In this document: piece by piece, positions 47,912-61,125 of the stretch
Numbering within the stretch: position 1 is the stretch's first letter
How the letters are laid out: every line of letters starts with the position of its first letter
Origin: Camelus dromedarius
Taxonomy: Eukaryota
Length of the DNA: 64,000 nt
NCBI RefSeq assembly: GCF_036321535.1
Contig: NC_087438.1
Location: 3,846,001 to 3,910,000 of the forward strand
Direction of reading: 5' to 3'
The notes under the pieces: generated by a model
The model's input: only the letters and a program-made list of their open reading frames with translations
The model's database searches: none
Told to the model about the DNA's origin: nothing
Translations under genes and position numbers: made by a program

Positions 47912-49824
47912 CCATCCCCTTCAGAATTCCCGTTGATTTTTCTCTGTTCTCTTGGGGAGCACAACTGTGGACCATGCCTGTGACCTCTGTCACCTGTCCT
48001 CATGTTCCTGATACTTCTGCTTTCTCTTGGTCTCCAGTGTTGCCCTACACTGGGCAAATTTCCTCTCCCAACATTGACCTAATGCACTGAACAAAAAGCT
48101 AATATAGGTGGAAAGTTTTATGGACATTTTGGGGCTCGTAGAGATGGATTCTGGAAGAAAACAGTCTTATTGGAATGCTGTGATGGAAACAGTTATAGCT
48201 ACCACATTTCCATTTTTACAAAATGCATCGGCTCCCCCAGCAGGAGCGATTTCTTTCCCTGACACTGTCTCTTAAGTGTGTTTGGACTCCACTCTCTCCC
48301 CAGCCCCTCTGGACCCTTTCCCCTTCATTTTCACATCCCTCCCCTCACTGATCCTGGGCTGCTGGTGGAAACTCAGAGCTACTCTCTCCTTAAGATTATG
48401 CAGAACAAGCCAGCCTTTGATTTCTCCTTCCAGATCACGCTCTGAGTTTTGGAATGGGAAGCCAAAGAGACCATTAATTTACTTTATTCCACTGGAAGGA
48501 GAGTTATGCCATGAGAAAGCAGCTGCAGTTAATTTTTGCTTTATGTAGATTTTTAATTTCAGCATTCCTGCTATAAAATGACTCTTCTCCTGCCCGACCT
48601 TTCTTGTCTCTTTTGCATTGTTTCTTTCTCGCCTTTGCCGGGTCCCGGGTAAGCTGTAAGTTGTTCCTGGAGGAGGCTAGGCTGGTGACTCTGTCAGTGT
48701 GGTCTCTCTACCACTGCCACCGTTCACTCCTTTAATTTCCTTAAAGTAATAGTGAAGTCATGGCTAGATGTCTCTCAATTCAAAGTGGCCGGTGGGTTCC
48801 GTATTCATTCCCGCCCAGGTTACTTCCCCAGGAGAGGAGTGTTGACAATGTTTAACCCAGCTTTTGAGAGCTGAAAACTCACCTCCTAGGTGGTCATGAG
48901 GACACAGTAGATGACATGGGAACACAGCTTTCTCCATATCTCAGTGTTTGAAGAGATGACTTTCGTATGGGAGGATGGGACCCAGCGGAGACGTGGGGCG
49001 AAGGCAGGAATTGTCTCAGGGGACGTGCGAATTGTTGCTCCCTTTCCTCCCCAGGGACTGAGGCGGTCCATGTGCGCCATGGCTGGGCCATCCCTTTGCT
49101 CCATAAGGCTCATAGGTGGCTGTTACTTTGGTGTCGCTGATTTTTCCTGGGTGCTACCCTGCTCCTCTGGGAGGGATGCCTGGACAGGGCAATGTCACAA
49201 ATGGGGGGTGAGGATCAGAGGGTGGGTGGCACTTCCATGGGAATGAGACGCTGGGAGAGAAAATGTCACACTTAATACCCAGAACCCTGTTGCGGGGTTT
49301 GAGCACACAAGCCAGGGGCTTCCTGAGGAATGAGGAGGGCCACAAATTGGTGTGATGAAGGGACGGTGACACGGGAGGGGCGACCTCTGGCAGCAACCCT
49401 AGGACTGACTGGCTCGGTCTAATTTCTCTAACAATAACTTGACTGATGGAAACATTAGTGTGATCTGTATTATTTAAAAAGTTGGACTTCAAGGAGAAAT
49501 CCTATCACAAAATAAGGAGATATTTTGTCTGTTCTCTGGTCCCCTGCCCTGGCTCATGTGATGTGTGTGTTATAAATACTTGAGTCAGACACTTAGTCAC
49601 TGGGAACAACGTCCCTAAAAGTGAGAGCTGAGGCTTGTTGTCGCCAAGATAGAGAGCTCATATCTCTGCACACGCTCCATAAACACTTCTTGAATAGATC
49701 CAGATGCAATAAATATGCGCTCCCCAGTGCTCCACCATCTTTAAGACATTGCCCCGGTGCTTTGGGGTGTGCAGAGCTGGATCAGAGGATCTAGGCCCAG
49801 AGGCACACATCCAGGAGTAACGGT

Positions 49825-50196
49825 GTCGTAGCCAGCTCAGGCTGCCACGACACAATCCCGCTGGCTGGGTGGCCCAATCAACACACATTTATTTTCTCAC
49901 TGTTCTGGAGACTGAATGTCTAAGATCAAGGTGCCCAGTAGGGCTGGTTCCAGGAAGGAGCTCTCTTTCTGGTGTGCAGATGTCCCCTTCTTGTTGTGCC
50001 CTCACATGGCTTTGCTGTGCACTTGGAGAGAGAGAGAGAGAGCTCTGGTGCCTCTTTTTCTTTTTATAAGGACACTGGTCCTATCAAATGAAAACCCTAC
50101 CCTATGACCTTATTTAACCTTAATTATCTCTCTAAAGACCCTATCAACAAATACAGTCACTTTAAGGGGTTAGGGCTTCAGCACAGGAATTCTGGC
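49825..50196 (-). mobile_element. MLT1A/B-like LTR
   Basis: 'tttattttctcactgttctggagactg...taagatcaaggtgcc...tatgaccttatttaaccttaattatctc...aatacagtcac...ttagggcttca'. Confidence 0.9.
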
Positions 50197-50929
50197 AAAT
50201 AAGTGGTTTAAAATGAAGAGAATCATTTTAATTTAAAACATAAATCATCACAATCATAAACATTAAGAGTTTCCTTGGTGTTCACTCCTGGGATATTTCA
50301 AAAGATGATAAAATATGGAATTAGGCAGAGCTTGTTAAGATCCACCATTTTTATCATATGACCTTTTCATTTTGAAATGTAAATGCACATAATAAATACG
50401 TTTTCCAGCCTGTGTGGCTGCTCAGAGGTTTCTCCAACCCCCCAAAAAAACAAGCTAATTAGACGTGAAATATCAACCAGTGAGCAATTACAGCCCAACA
50501 GAAAATACCCCAGTGATTCTGTACATTTTATAAATTTATAATTTAGGCAAATCTCAGGGTTATATCTACATCATGTATTCAGAAACAGCAGTAAAACCTG
50601 GTCATCATGAACATTAAATATTCACTATCTACTTTGCTTTGGTTGGTAATAAGTACACATGAATGTCTTTTCATTTGTTAGATTCCTTTTCATATTTATG
50701 TCTAATTTTTCTGTTCCCTTTCTCTACCAGCTTCAGTAAGGAAAAGCATGATTTCTTGTGTGTAATGACCTGGCAGAGTTTTATTGCAGAGAATCCAGAA
50801 GCTCTAAATTCTGGAAGGTCAGTAAATCCACGGGTTGAAATCAAATGTTGGTTGTTTTGCCCTTTAGGTATAAACTATTTTGGCAATTCTGACTCACCTA
50901 TATGAACAGGTGGGGATTTTGACTCTCTT

Positions 50930-51060
50930 CTTCTTTTGGTTCATTCTAAAGCGGAACCTGAGATTAAGGCTTGAGCACAGGTGGTTTATCTGTGCAGGGA
51001 CCCATCATGATGGGGCAGTGCCACTCACGCTGGAAGAGGGGTGTGCAGTGGTTTGCTGGC
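50930..51060 (-). mobile_element. LTR16-like (ERVL) fragment
   Basis: 'ggttcattctaaagcggaacctgagattaaggcttgagcacaggtggtttatctg' resembles the recalled LTR16 end. Confidence 0.45.
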
Positions 51061-51789
51061 ATGAGAGTGGCATCTGTCTGTCTCTTGATCCCTGTGTGGT
51101 CATGGAGTGGCCTTACCCCAACATCGTTTATACTCTCTGAACGTCGTTTATGCTCGCTTGAGAGCATGATGGTTCCACTGCCAGCGAGGCTGTTTTTCAC
51201 TGTCGTGGTATCTACATTATCTTTCATTTTATTCATAACAGAGAGAAGTTACTCCAGCAGGGTTCATCCTGGAACAGTCTTTGGGACTTTCCTCTCTTGG
51301 ACGGTTAACAGCTGTCACTGAGAGGGAGTGGGACTGCGTCCAGAACTAATGCCAAGCACAATTGCACAACTGCACATTGAAAGACTTTTGTAAAATGCTA
51401 AGCATTAAGAATGTGTCTGATTCCAAAGAAATGGAGCTTGTGTACGTGAGCATTTTATTCCCACAGCTAAAATGAAGCACAGGACAAGGACGATGGCTCA
51501 ACGTGGCTTGGCCTGAATTATGCAGATGTGTTTCTGAGTTTTTAAACAACGTGCTCTGGATATGACCCAAGGTGTGATGAGACCTCAGACTCTTCCAAAT
51601 CCAATAATTCACTGCATAACCACAGGGCTTTCTCTGCACACTTTTTGTCTGGAATTTTTGACCACAACATCCCATCAAACTCATTCAGATGTCTTTTTTT
51701 TTTCTGCCCCCCCCCCAAATCTATGTGTTTAACTGAAATCCTTGGACCCCATACTTCAAACACCCAGAGTATCTGCTAACAGTGCGCAT

Positions 51790-51902
51790 ACTTGGGCCCA
51801 TCCCAAACCTACTATGTGATCATCTCTAGGGCTAGAGTCTTGCAATTTTTGAAGGTCCCTCAGGCAATTAGACGATGCACCAAAATTTGAGACCCTTGGC
51901 TT
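51790..51902. mobile_element. MER5-like (hAT-Charlie) fragment
   Basis: 'tgggcccatcccaaacctac...tctctagggctagagtcttgcaatttttgaaggtccctcaggcaatt...caaaatttgagaccc'. Confidence 0.55.
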
Positions 51903-53184
51903 TATACAATCCACTGCTGGAGGAGTGCTTACTGGTTTTAGACGAGGAAATTCCCAGATTGAATTTGAAATTTGGATTCTGCAGTCTTTTGTATGAAGGG
52001 CTGCCTCCACCTGTTGTTGGGGTCCCCTTGTATCCCTGGATCCTTACAGCCGCTTTATTTTCCACCTACAATGCATTCTCCCAAACCCCACCCAGAGTTT
52101 TCCATCCCATTTATCTCTCCACCAGTTGTCAAGTTTTTTGTGTGTTCACTTCCAGGAACTGATGGCAGATTTGAATGATTGATAAGAGAATGTGGTTCCT
52201 GCTTCACCTGAGAATGGCTGCTGTTGATGGAAACAAGAAGGAAATAGATACTCTGTTACACTGAGCCAGTTTCTAACATGGGGGGGAGGCTTTTCGGAAG
52301 TTTGAATTGCATGCTCTGGGGAACGATGAATCTGCCTGAAGACGACATCAACTTTGACCTGACGTTCGCAACACTCAGTGCCCTCGCTTGGCCCTCCGCC
52401 CCCACTCACAGGTGGCTATTTCATAGAGAACGTTCTGGTAACTGTGCCTGAGGCACTTGCCGAGATCTGCCTGGATCCCCATCCTGACCCCAGTGGGTTT
52501 CTCCTGGTGTCCGAGCTTCCATCCATGATGCCCTTTCCTCTGAGCGTCATCTGTGGGGGCGCATTAGTGAAAATGACCCGCTGATGCGTGTGGCTTCTTT
52601 GTGCTGCTCTGGGAACAGAGACGCGGTGTGTGTAGCCCTCAGAAGAAGCACATCCTGGTTTTACCCCCGGCAGAGTGCGTATCTCCCATTCCATCTCCCT
52701 GCTGCAGGTTCAGAGGAAGATCAAGGCACCAGGTTGCGGAAAGTGGCTGTTTCGTTCAGCAGGAGATAATTCACACACGGCTGTCTGGGATGCTCACACC
52801 TATTTTGAAGGCTCGCATTTGATCTGTTCCCCAGGAGCCAGCCATCTGTGGGTTTTAAGGAGTGTGATTATTCAGACACTCATTATCAAAAAGCCAGAGG
52901 GCCTGTCTGACGCAGAGAGACGCCGGCTTCTGTGCTCCAGGTGAGCCCGCCAAGCGGCACTTACTTCTCTCCTTCACCTGTTGCGCTGCATTGTCTGCTC
53001 TGTCTGTAACAGACACATGTTATTCTTCCCCCTAACTGTAAGCAGAGTCTTAGAGTTTTCCTAACAGGTTAGTTCCCTTTGCTCCAATTTCTGTCCTTCT
53101 TACGAACTTCCCTCCCTCATCACACGCACAGTCCACACACCTGTGGGTGTTTTCTCATCGCTGTCACTGCACACTCATGTTGGG

Positions 53185-53187
<3 letters not shown>

Positions 53188-53229
<42 letters not shown>
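53188..53229. repeat. (GT)n microsatellite
   Basis: About 21 perfect units. Confidence 0.97.
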
Positions 53230-53231
<2 letters not shown>

Positions 53232-53419
53232 CACACGTCCCCGGATGCACAGGGATAGCAGGCTGCCCTTCAGCTCAGCCCTAGGGATTGCCCAGTGGGT
53301 AAGTTGCCCCTGTTTCGTGAGACACCAACCCTCTCCATCTGCTCTCAAGCATTCTGATCCCTCCCTGCATCTGGGCCTGGGAGCTGCCCGGAGGTGGGTT
53401 AATTCTGATGCTGTCCTAG

Positions 53420-53924
53420 GGGTGGCAGCCAGCCTCCAAGACAGCCCGCAGTGAAGCCTGCCTCCTTGCTTTCCTACCCCTGGGAGTCCTCTCCTGGATC
53501 ATGCCAAGGTTGGTCTGTGTGGCCAGCAGCACATGAAGAAGCAATGATGACACTTCCCAAGCCAGGTTACAAAATGGCGCAGGGTCTCACCCCAGGTTCT
53601 CCCTGTCTTAGGCTGCTTGCTCCAGGGACTGCTGGCTGCCTTGTCCTGAGCCGCCTGAGGGAGTGAGCAAGTCCTTGACCTACAGCCAGTGATGGATTGA
53701 GGTCTGCCATCAGTCCTGGGAGTGAATTCAGAAGCAGCCCCGGCTGAGTCCTGAGATGATGATGTCCCCAGCCTAGAGATGGAAAGCAGCCACGGGAAAA
53801 AGCCTCAGCCAGGACCATGCAGCTGAGCCCATCCCAGATTCCCGAGCCACAGAAACTGAGGTAGGACCTGTTTCAGCCTCCATGTTTGGGGGAGATTTGT
53901 TACACACACTGCATGACTGATGCA
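53420..53924 (+). mobile_element. MLT1F-like LTR
   Basis: 'ggcagccagcctccaagacagccc..gtgaagcctgcctcc...cagctgagcccatcccagattcccgagccacagaaactgag...gatttgttacac...gactgatgca'. Confidence 0.85.
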
Positions 53925-55119
53925 CCAAGGCTGCAATGTTGTCTCCTTAGGTCCCCTTTGTCCAAACGATTTACCTTCAAGATGAAATTCCCAGACTGAC
54001 TGATCTGGCAGGACGCTGTGCCATAAATCTTATTTAGTGCTGAGTCTTGCCATGTATGCAATTCTTGTGCCAGGAGATCCAACATACAGAACAGTGTTGG
54101 GCAAGAGGACGTGCCCAATAGGTGTCTGCTCAGTTAGTGATGCAAAGAATGTGGCCTTGATGTTCACAAGATCACACTCCCAACCAGACCCCAAGGAAAC
54201 CACCCAATCTGAAGGAATATTGACTAGAAGGTGCCATCAGTTGAACCACTGAATGCTGCCCAGCAAGGATCACCAGATTTTACACACCATCCCAAGACCG
54301 TGTCCATGCTGGTCCCACTGTTCCTGTGACCTAGTCTTGGAGATTTGGGTTCCACTCTAGGAGGTGAGGACACACCTGAAGGCCCTCTCTCTGGGCTTCA
54401 GTCAGCCCTCCAGCTTTGTTTTCCTCGGAGAAGGGCTGCTCGCATCCTCACAGGGACCTCTTCCTCTCCTATTTCTCCCTCACCTCCCTGAGTCCATCAC
54501 AGACTGCTGGCTTCCTTCCTCGTCTGGGAGACAGTGTTCTCCTCTAGTCTGACTTGATGTGACTCTTCCTGGCAGGACCACAGGGCCAGCCTCAATATAC
54601 TGGACAAATGTGCCCCTCTCTGGAGTTCATTTTAGTGACTCACTTATCAACTGCCACCCTCACAGTCCTCATCCATCACCTTTGACCTTCAGCTTCTGAC
54701 CTGGGTTTCAAGGACATTATCAGCAATGACTCTGTAGGCAGATGAGAGGATGGTGACGTCACCACAACCGCACTGCCCTGCCCACATTCTTTATGGAGGT
54801 CTTAAATTTTGGGGGGAAATTAATATTGGACATTGCTCTTTTCTAGCAAATAAAAGATGTTAATATATTCCTGTTACTGGCATGGGCATGACTATGTTAT
54901 TAGAAGCCACTGTATCATTTCCCTGATTTAGACAGAGATGTCTGTTTATAAATTCTGCTTGTAGTTTATTTTCACAAATAAAATAGTAAAATTAAAAAAA
55001 AAAAAACAAAAAAACCTCTGTCTGCAGGGACGGAGGTGTCCCTACCCCAGCTGACCACTTCCCAGGTGTCCAGGGGCTGCCACAGAATCCCGATGTTCCT
55101 CTCGGTCAGGGGTGTGCAC

Positions 55120-55267
55120 CGCCCGCCCATGCCTGCGGCTCACCCATTGCCCACGTCTGCTTTCGCCTGCTACAGCAGAACTGAGCAAACGCACAGAACC
55201 TGTAAGGGCCACCAGAATGAAACTATTTGCTATCTGGCCCTTTATGGAAAACATTTCCCAACCTCTG
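55120..55267 (+). mobile_element. MER58A-like (hAT-Charlie) fragment
   Basis: 'ctgctttcgcctgctacagcagaactgagc...ctatttgctatctggccctttatggaaaacatttcccaacctctg'. Confidence 0.8.
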
Positions 55268-56154
55268 CTGTCTAGACCGGTAGATGCCAAAAGTATGCAT
55301 TTTACTATTACCGAAGCAGGACTGGCAACTACTGCAAAGCACGTAATACGCGCACAATGATAAGCACAAAACAGCTGACGCGGCAGCATTTTAACACTAC
55401 AAGGAGAGACAGTCATCTCAGTGCTGAAGGAGAGGATGCAATGGATAACTTAATTAGGAATCCACCAGAGCCCTGAGTTTCCTCATATTTAATGAGAAAG
55501 CCCAACACTGATGCAACAGAAATGATCATTAGAATTTGAATTAAAATATCAGAAGGTGAGTCCCAGCCTTTCTCCTTTCCATTGAGTGGGTTGAGTAAGT
55601 TAGGACTGGATCCCATGAACTCATATCCATCCCATGGGAAGGAGGGAGACTCACAGGGATGGACAGCTACCTCGTGTCAGCCATTGTGCTATTTTATTTT
55701 TGTTCCAGCATTTTTGTAGATGAGGTAAGTAAGGCTGAGGGGGTGAATCAGCAGCCCTGTTATACAGACAGAACTGGCCCTTCTGGGATCAGAAGGATGT
55801 TCTGCTCCCCCGAAGCCTGTGCTCTGCTGCATCTCACAGAGCCACTCAGAGGAGAGAAGTGAGGCAGCCCTGGCAAGTCAGGTGATGTGTGGGACCAGGT
55901 GTAGCCCTTTACCTGAAATGGAGTGACCACCGGGTCCTCTCTGTCACGTGCCCAGTGGGCGAGCCTCTCCAGGCCAGCGTTGGGGCTCGCTTGTAGCACT
56001 ACTGTCAAGTCTGTACAGGGAGTTTGCTGAAGAGGAGGACAAAGGGAGCTGCTGTATGGTGGCCCTACCCCCACTCAGAGAGCTCGGGATGGCCAAGGAT
56101 GGGTGGTGCAGCCTGCAAGGTGTGAAAGAACATGCAAGCCCGAATGAGCCATCA

Positions 56155-56810
56155 GGTCTCCTGTATACTGCTGATTGGAGTGTAAAATGTGCAGCTGCTC
56201 TGGAAAATGGCCTGGCATTTCCTCAAATAATTAAACATAGCATTACCAGGGGACCCACCAGTCCCACTCGTGGGTACATATCCAGGAGAAATGAAGACAC
56301 ATACCCACCCAGAAAGTTGAACACTAATATTTATAACAACATTATTCATAATACTCAAAAGGAGGAAGCAACCCAAATGTCCATCAGTGGACACATGGAT
56401 AAACAAAAGGTGGTCCATCCATATGATAGAATATTATTCAGCCATAAAAAAGAAGGGAGCCCTGATACGTGCTACATTGTGTGTGAACCTTGAAAATATT
56501 ATGCTAAATGCAAGGGGCCAGTCACAGAAGAACACATATTATACGATTCCTTTCATATGAAATGCCCTGAATCTGCAAATCTGTAGACACAGAAAGTAGG
56601 TTAGTGGTTAGCAAAGGATTGGGGAGAGGGAGAGGAAGGGTGATAACTAAAAGGTATGGATTTTCTTTTTGAGGTGATGAAAATGTTTTAAAATTGACTC
56701 TGATGATGGTTGCACACATCTGTGAATATACCAAGACCATGGAATTGCACACATCACATGAGTGAACTGTATGATATGCAGATTGTAACTCAATAAAGAC
56801 GTTAAAAATA
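56155..56810 (+). mobile_element. L1MB-like 3' end
   Basis: 'gaagcaacccaaatgtccatcagtgg...gaaccttgaaaatattatgctaaatg...gaggtgatgaaaatgttttaaaattgac...ctcaataaag'. Confidence 0.92.
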
Positions 56811-56999
56811 TCCCTGATCACAGCCATACCTCTCCCTCCACCTTCCTTGCTCTTCCGCTCACACTTCTAGGTTTTAATTGGCAAATAATCTTGAGCATAT
56901 AGACAAATTATGTGTCTATTCACTGCACCATTCCCTCCCGCACATAGAGAGCACGTCTACTTAGCTGAGAATAGGAGGGTCTGGCAAACATCAGCTCCC

Positions 57000-57760
57000 A
57001 AACCTTAAAATATACGCTGTCTGTGTGTGCTTTTTGTTTGGTACTTGTCAGCAACGATGAACGTGACACTGAGAAACAGTCGTGATGAAAAATCAGAGTC
57101 GCACAGTAACAGCCATGGGGTCTGCCCAGCATCTCCCCTCTGCCACGGCCGGGAGATAATTAAGTCTGAAGCTGTGCAGTGGTTTGAAAGAAAAACTACT
57201 GCGGTTTCCTGCGAGCAGGTCTGTTCAGGCTCCCCCTGCTGGGAAGTCGGCTTTCCAAAGAGCCTGAAGGTCATGAGCCTCTTTGCACGGTCTCTCTGCC
57301 CTCAACTAAATGTTCTGTAAATAATTAGACATTAAAGTCTTGGAAATAATAAAGCCGCCATATTCCACGGGTAGAGGACTAATTGGCAGAACTGTCTTGC
57401 TGATCATTAAATCCCCGGGTCAGAAATGCCCGGCTCGGGGAGGAAAGGCAGCAATTCTTGTCTAACGTTGGTATTTATAGCCCTTTGTTTTCCCGAGAGC
57501 AGATGCCTTCCACTTTGTGAGCATAAATTCAGAATCTTTTAATTTCCCACTGCCGTCCACAGATTATTTAAGCTTTTGGGCTCTTCTATAAACAGTGTTA
57601 ACTTAAAAAAATAATAACAATCAAAGGACTGAATGATGTCAAAGTCGAACTTAAAAGCCTGGAAGCTGTGGAGGCACCAATGGGTCTGCTCCGCCGAGGG
57701 TAAGTGGCTGGATCTCATGAATATTCATGAGCCACCGTGACTAAGCAGGGGGCGGCACAC
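57000..57760. promoter_or_regulatory. Candidate enhancer/insulator block
   Basis: Apparently repeat-free. TAATTA at 57157 and 57322, CTAATTGG at 57379, CTCF-like CCAGCAGGGGGAGC on the minus strand (57229-57242), and an 18-bp palindrome at 57714-57731. Confidence 0.4.
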
Positions 57761-58010
57761 TGTCCAGAAGAGCCCCGAGGATGGACCCCAGTCTCCACAG
57801 AAGCCCCAGGGCAGCCCCGCCCTGTTGGGTCCTGCCCTTAGTTTTCTCCTCTCTGAATCAGAAAATAAAACCAGGGCCTGCCTTCCTCCTTCTCCAAAGT
57901 TTTTTACGAAGATCGGCGAGATCAATACCTGGATTGTGCTGTGAGTCTCCCGAGACAAGGCTTGAGATTAATGTTAGCTATGTTTTAAAGACCCTTCTCC
58001 TGACCACTTT

Positions 58011-58136
58011 GTGTGTGTGTGTGTGTGTTTATTGAAGTATAGTCAGTCAACAACGTGTGTCAGTTTCTGGTGTACAGCAGAATGCTCCGGTCACACGTGA
58101 ACATACATGTATTCATCTTCACATTCTTTTTCACCA
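58011..58136 (-). mobile_element. Short young L1 3' end with a (CA)n tail
   Basis: 'tttattgaagtatagtcagt...cagtttctggtgtacagc...ttcacattctttttcacc'. TSD ACCACTTT at 58003-58010 and 58137-58144. Confidence 0.88.
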
Positions 58137-60784
58137 ACCACTTTTGATGAGCGGATCTAATGGGTCCACTTTGAGCCTGGCCCGCCAATCTCTTCTAAAC
58201 GCAAATTAAAGTTAATTTTGGTGGAAAGTATTCCTGGATACTTAGTATATCTTTTAAAGTGATTAGAGACATCCTGGGGTGTCAAAAAGTCATCAGCACA
58301 TTCACCTGCACGAAGGTGAGCTCTGATGACGTCCTCAGTCGCCTGTGCCTCCCACACGGTCAGAGAGGAGGGAAGGGAGCTCGCTGGCTCCCACGCATCA
58401 CGGGGCTCGGTAACCTGGGGCGACCGGATGGATTGTCCTATGACTGGATTCTCCTAAGAGTCCAAGAAGTGGGGACTGTCAGTTCTGACTTACTGATAGA
58501 AGCGGGGAGGGGTTTTATTTTTATTTTTGAGATACGAATGCAGAGGTAGTAATACTTCACTTCACATTGGCAGAGACATTCACAGTTGTTAATGTATTTT
58601 CCTGTGATTTTTAGTTAGGGAGCTAACAAATAAATAGGTTGGGAAAATAATTAGGTAGAGGATAGTCAGGGAGAGTAATGTCATTCCTTTCTTAGAAAAG
58701 AGGAACAAGATTCAAAAACAGGTGCCAATGCCCCCATAAAGGACAGCAAGCAGCAGTGGCAGCTGTCAGCCCACTGTTCCCGACTCCCCGCCACACCTGG
58801 CTGGAGCCCAGGGCACAGACCACCTGGAGGGGTGTGGCTGACACCTCCCCTGGACCGTCTCCCTGTAGAGTGGCACCACTGATAGCCTGTTGCTCTAGCA
58901 GCAGGAGACCCCCGCCTGAGAAGCCAGCTGGCACCACGTGAGCCTTAGCCTCGACAATCTTTCAGCACGCTAACCTGCTGTGAGTCAGGCAAGCATGGTG
59001 ACATTCATTTTTGTCACCTGATCCTCCACTCACAGCCTCAAGGCACCGGTATGGACGTGCATTGCAGTTGGCACTAGACTTTCGTTTTACAACCACCTCT
59101 CCTTGGAAAGACCCCAGCCCAGGAAGACTTCCAGGGCCAGGGATATGCTGTGCAGCGAAGGTCACTTGTTCACTCAGTGGACTGGGAATCGTGTGGACAC
59201 GCGAGGTAAAGTGCAGACTGCAGCGCCCACAGGGCACCGACTGCACTGTCTTCCGGAGCCCTGAGCCGTTGCCTATGACTTGCCTCATTCCTTTCTGCAC
59301 AATAAAACCAACCGGACCGTTAATCCACCCCAGATGGATATTATCACGTGCTTTGGTAGGGACCCAACAGCAGATCGGGTTCATCGCTCCTCATTTCATA
59401 TTAAAATGTTCGGGGGTCTCCCAAGAGACCATGTAAAAAGTGAAATGTATCCACTGCTCTGCATTTGCTAATTTGGGAAGAGTTTTGATCTCATTTGCAG
59501 GGCTTAATACAGAAACTCATTGAACCTGAACACACAGCAATGTGGGATTTTTCCAACAAGAAAATATCTGTGACATGTGTCAGAAATACACACAGCAAGC
59601 TGCCATCTCTTTACATACATATGCCATAAATATATGTGTCATACATATGTCATATATATATATATAGATGTCAAAAATTCTGAGACAAAAATTGACTTAG
59701 CTCCTAACAGCACCGTGCCTTCCAGTTCTTCCTAATTTATTTCCCCTGATTTTTGAAGGAGATATGATGCATTTTAAAGTATAAACAGCTTTGTATTGAA
59801 AGGACATATGATAATTCTTTATCATAATCCTCAAATTTCAAGGAAAGAACATGAGATGGAAATTCTAAATGGAGGACTGAAAGACAAGGACCCAGCATCG
59901 ATTGTTTTGACACGGCATTAGACAAATACTAGACTAATTTACGGCACTTGGCCATCTTCTAAGGACCCCAGTCCCAAGTGTTCTCAGGCAGTTCTGGGGC
60001 ACAGTCATCAAACCAGCCTGCATGACAATGTGACCACATCTGTCAAACTCAGAGTCCCCGCCCAGTGCTGGCCTTCCTCTCCTCCTCTCCCGTTGTTGTG
60101 TAATTTATTTGCTGGCTTTAAAAAAAAAAAAAATCCGTTGGTTGCACTGAGACGCAGGAACAGCCTGGGTGGAAAAGAATGGGCAGGATGGGATGGTGTC
60201 GTCATAGCAGTGTCTGTAAACGTGTGACTGTTCCTTGTAAAGGTGCATATGGGCATGTCTGTTCCTGGCAGGTGATGGTCCAGCCACAGCTATTCTGTGC
60301 AGCTACACTGGTCTTGTGTATGAAGTCAGGAAGCTGTCCATACATATCATCTGAACTGCTCAGATTAGGCTGTGAGAAAGGAAAAATCTCCCACTTTGCC
60401 ACCACTGTTCACCACGATGGGGGAGGTTGTAATGAAAGAGAGTGAGAGCACGTGTGTGGGGGTCAGAGCTGAGTACTCCGTGTATCAAATCTGAGATGCT
60501 CCGAGGATGGTAAAGGTTTATAGCCAGCTTCACGGTCTCAGAGCAATGCATCGTATGGTGGTAATGGCGCCGTTCACATCTGAACAAGAATGGGAGGCAC
60601 AGGGTAACTTGACAGAACTTCACTGAGCCCTTTCCTAGGACTGATTACAGACCACAAGCAGTGAAGTATGTGATTCTGTCATATTTAAGAATATACTGTC
60701 CTCTGTGAATGAAGAGAGCAGGGTGAATATCATGTGTGTGGCTGACAAAAAGACAAACCCAGTGACCCCAGCCTGGGTGACCTA

Positions 60785-60942
60785 CAGCTTCCCACAAGTG
60801 CTGGGAAAAGTTACCAAGATTTAGTGGCCTGGACGACACAGATTCCCTGTTTTACAGTTCCAGAAGTCAAAGGACAGGGTGGTTCTTACCAGATGAAAAT
60901 CAAGGTGCTGGCAAGGCAGCGTTCCTTCTGGAGGCTCGAAGC
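60785..60942 (-). mobile_element. MLT1C/D-like LTR 3' part
   Basis: 'ttaccaagatttagtggcct...ttttacagttccagaagtca...aaatcaaggtgctggcaaggcagcgttccttctggaggctc'. Confidence 0.8.
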
Positions 60943-60944
60943 GG

Positions 60945-61125
60945 GTGTACCGGCTTGCACGGGGTTGTCCCCGGTACATGCCTTCCTGGAATCTCAGAAT
61001 GTGACCTTTCTTAGGGAAATAGGTTCTTTATATGTGAGATCAGTGACGTTAAGATGAGGTCATACTGGATTAGGGTAGGCCATCATACAACTTCTGATGA
61101 CCTCACAAGAGGATGAAACTGACAA
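60945..61125 (+). mobile_element. MLT1B/C-like LTR 5' part
   Basis: 'ggaatctcagaatgtgaccttt...ggaaataggttcttt...gttaagatgaggtcatactggattagggtagg'. Confidence 0.8.
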
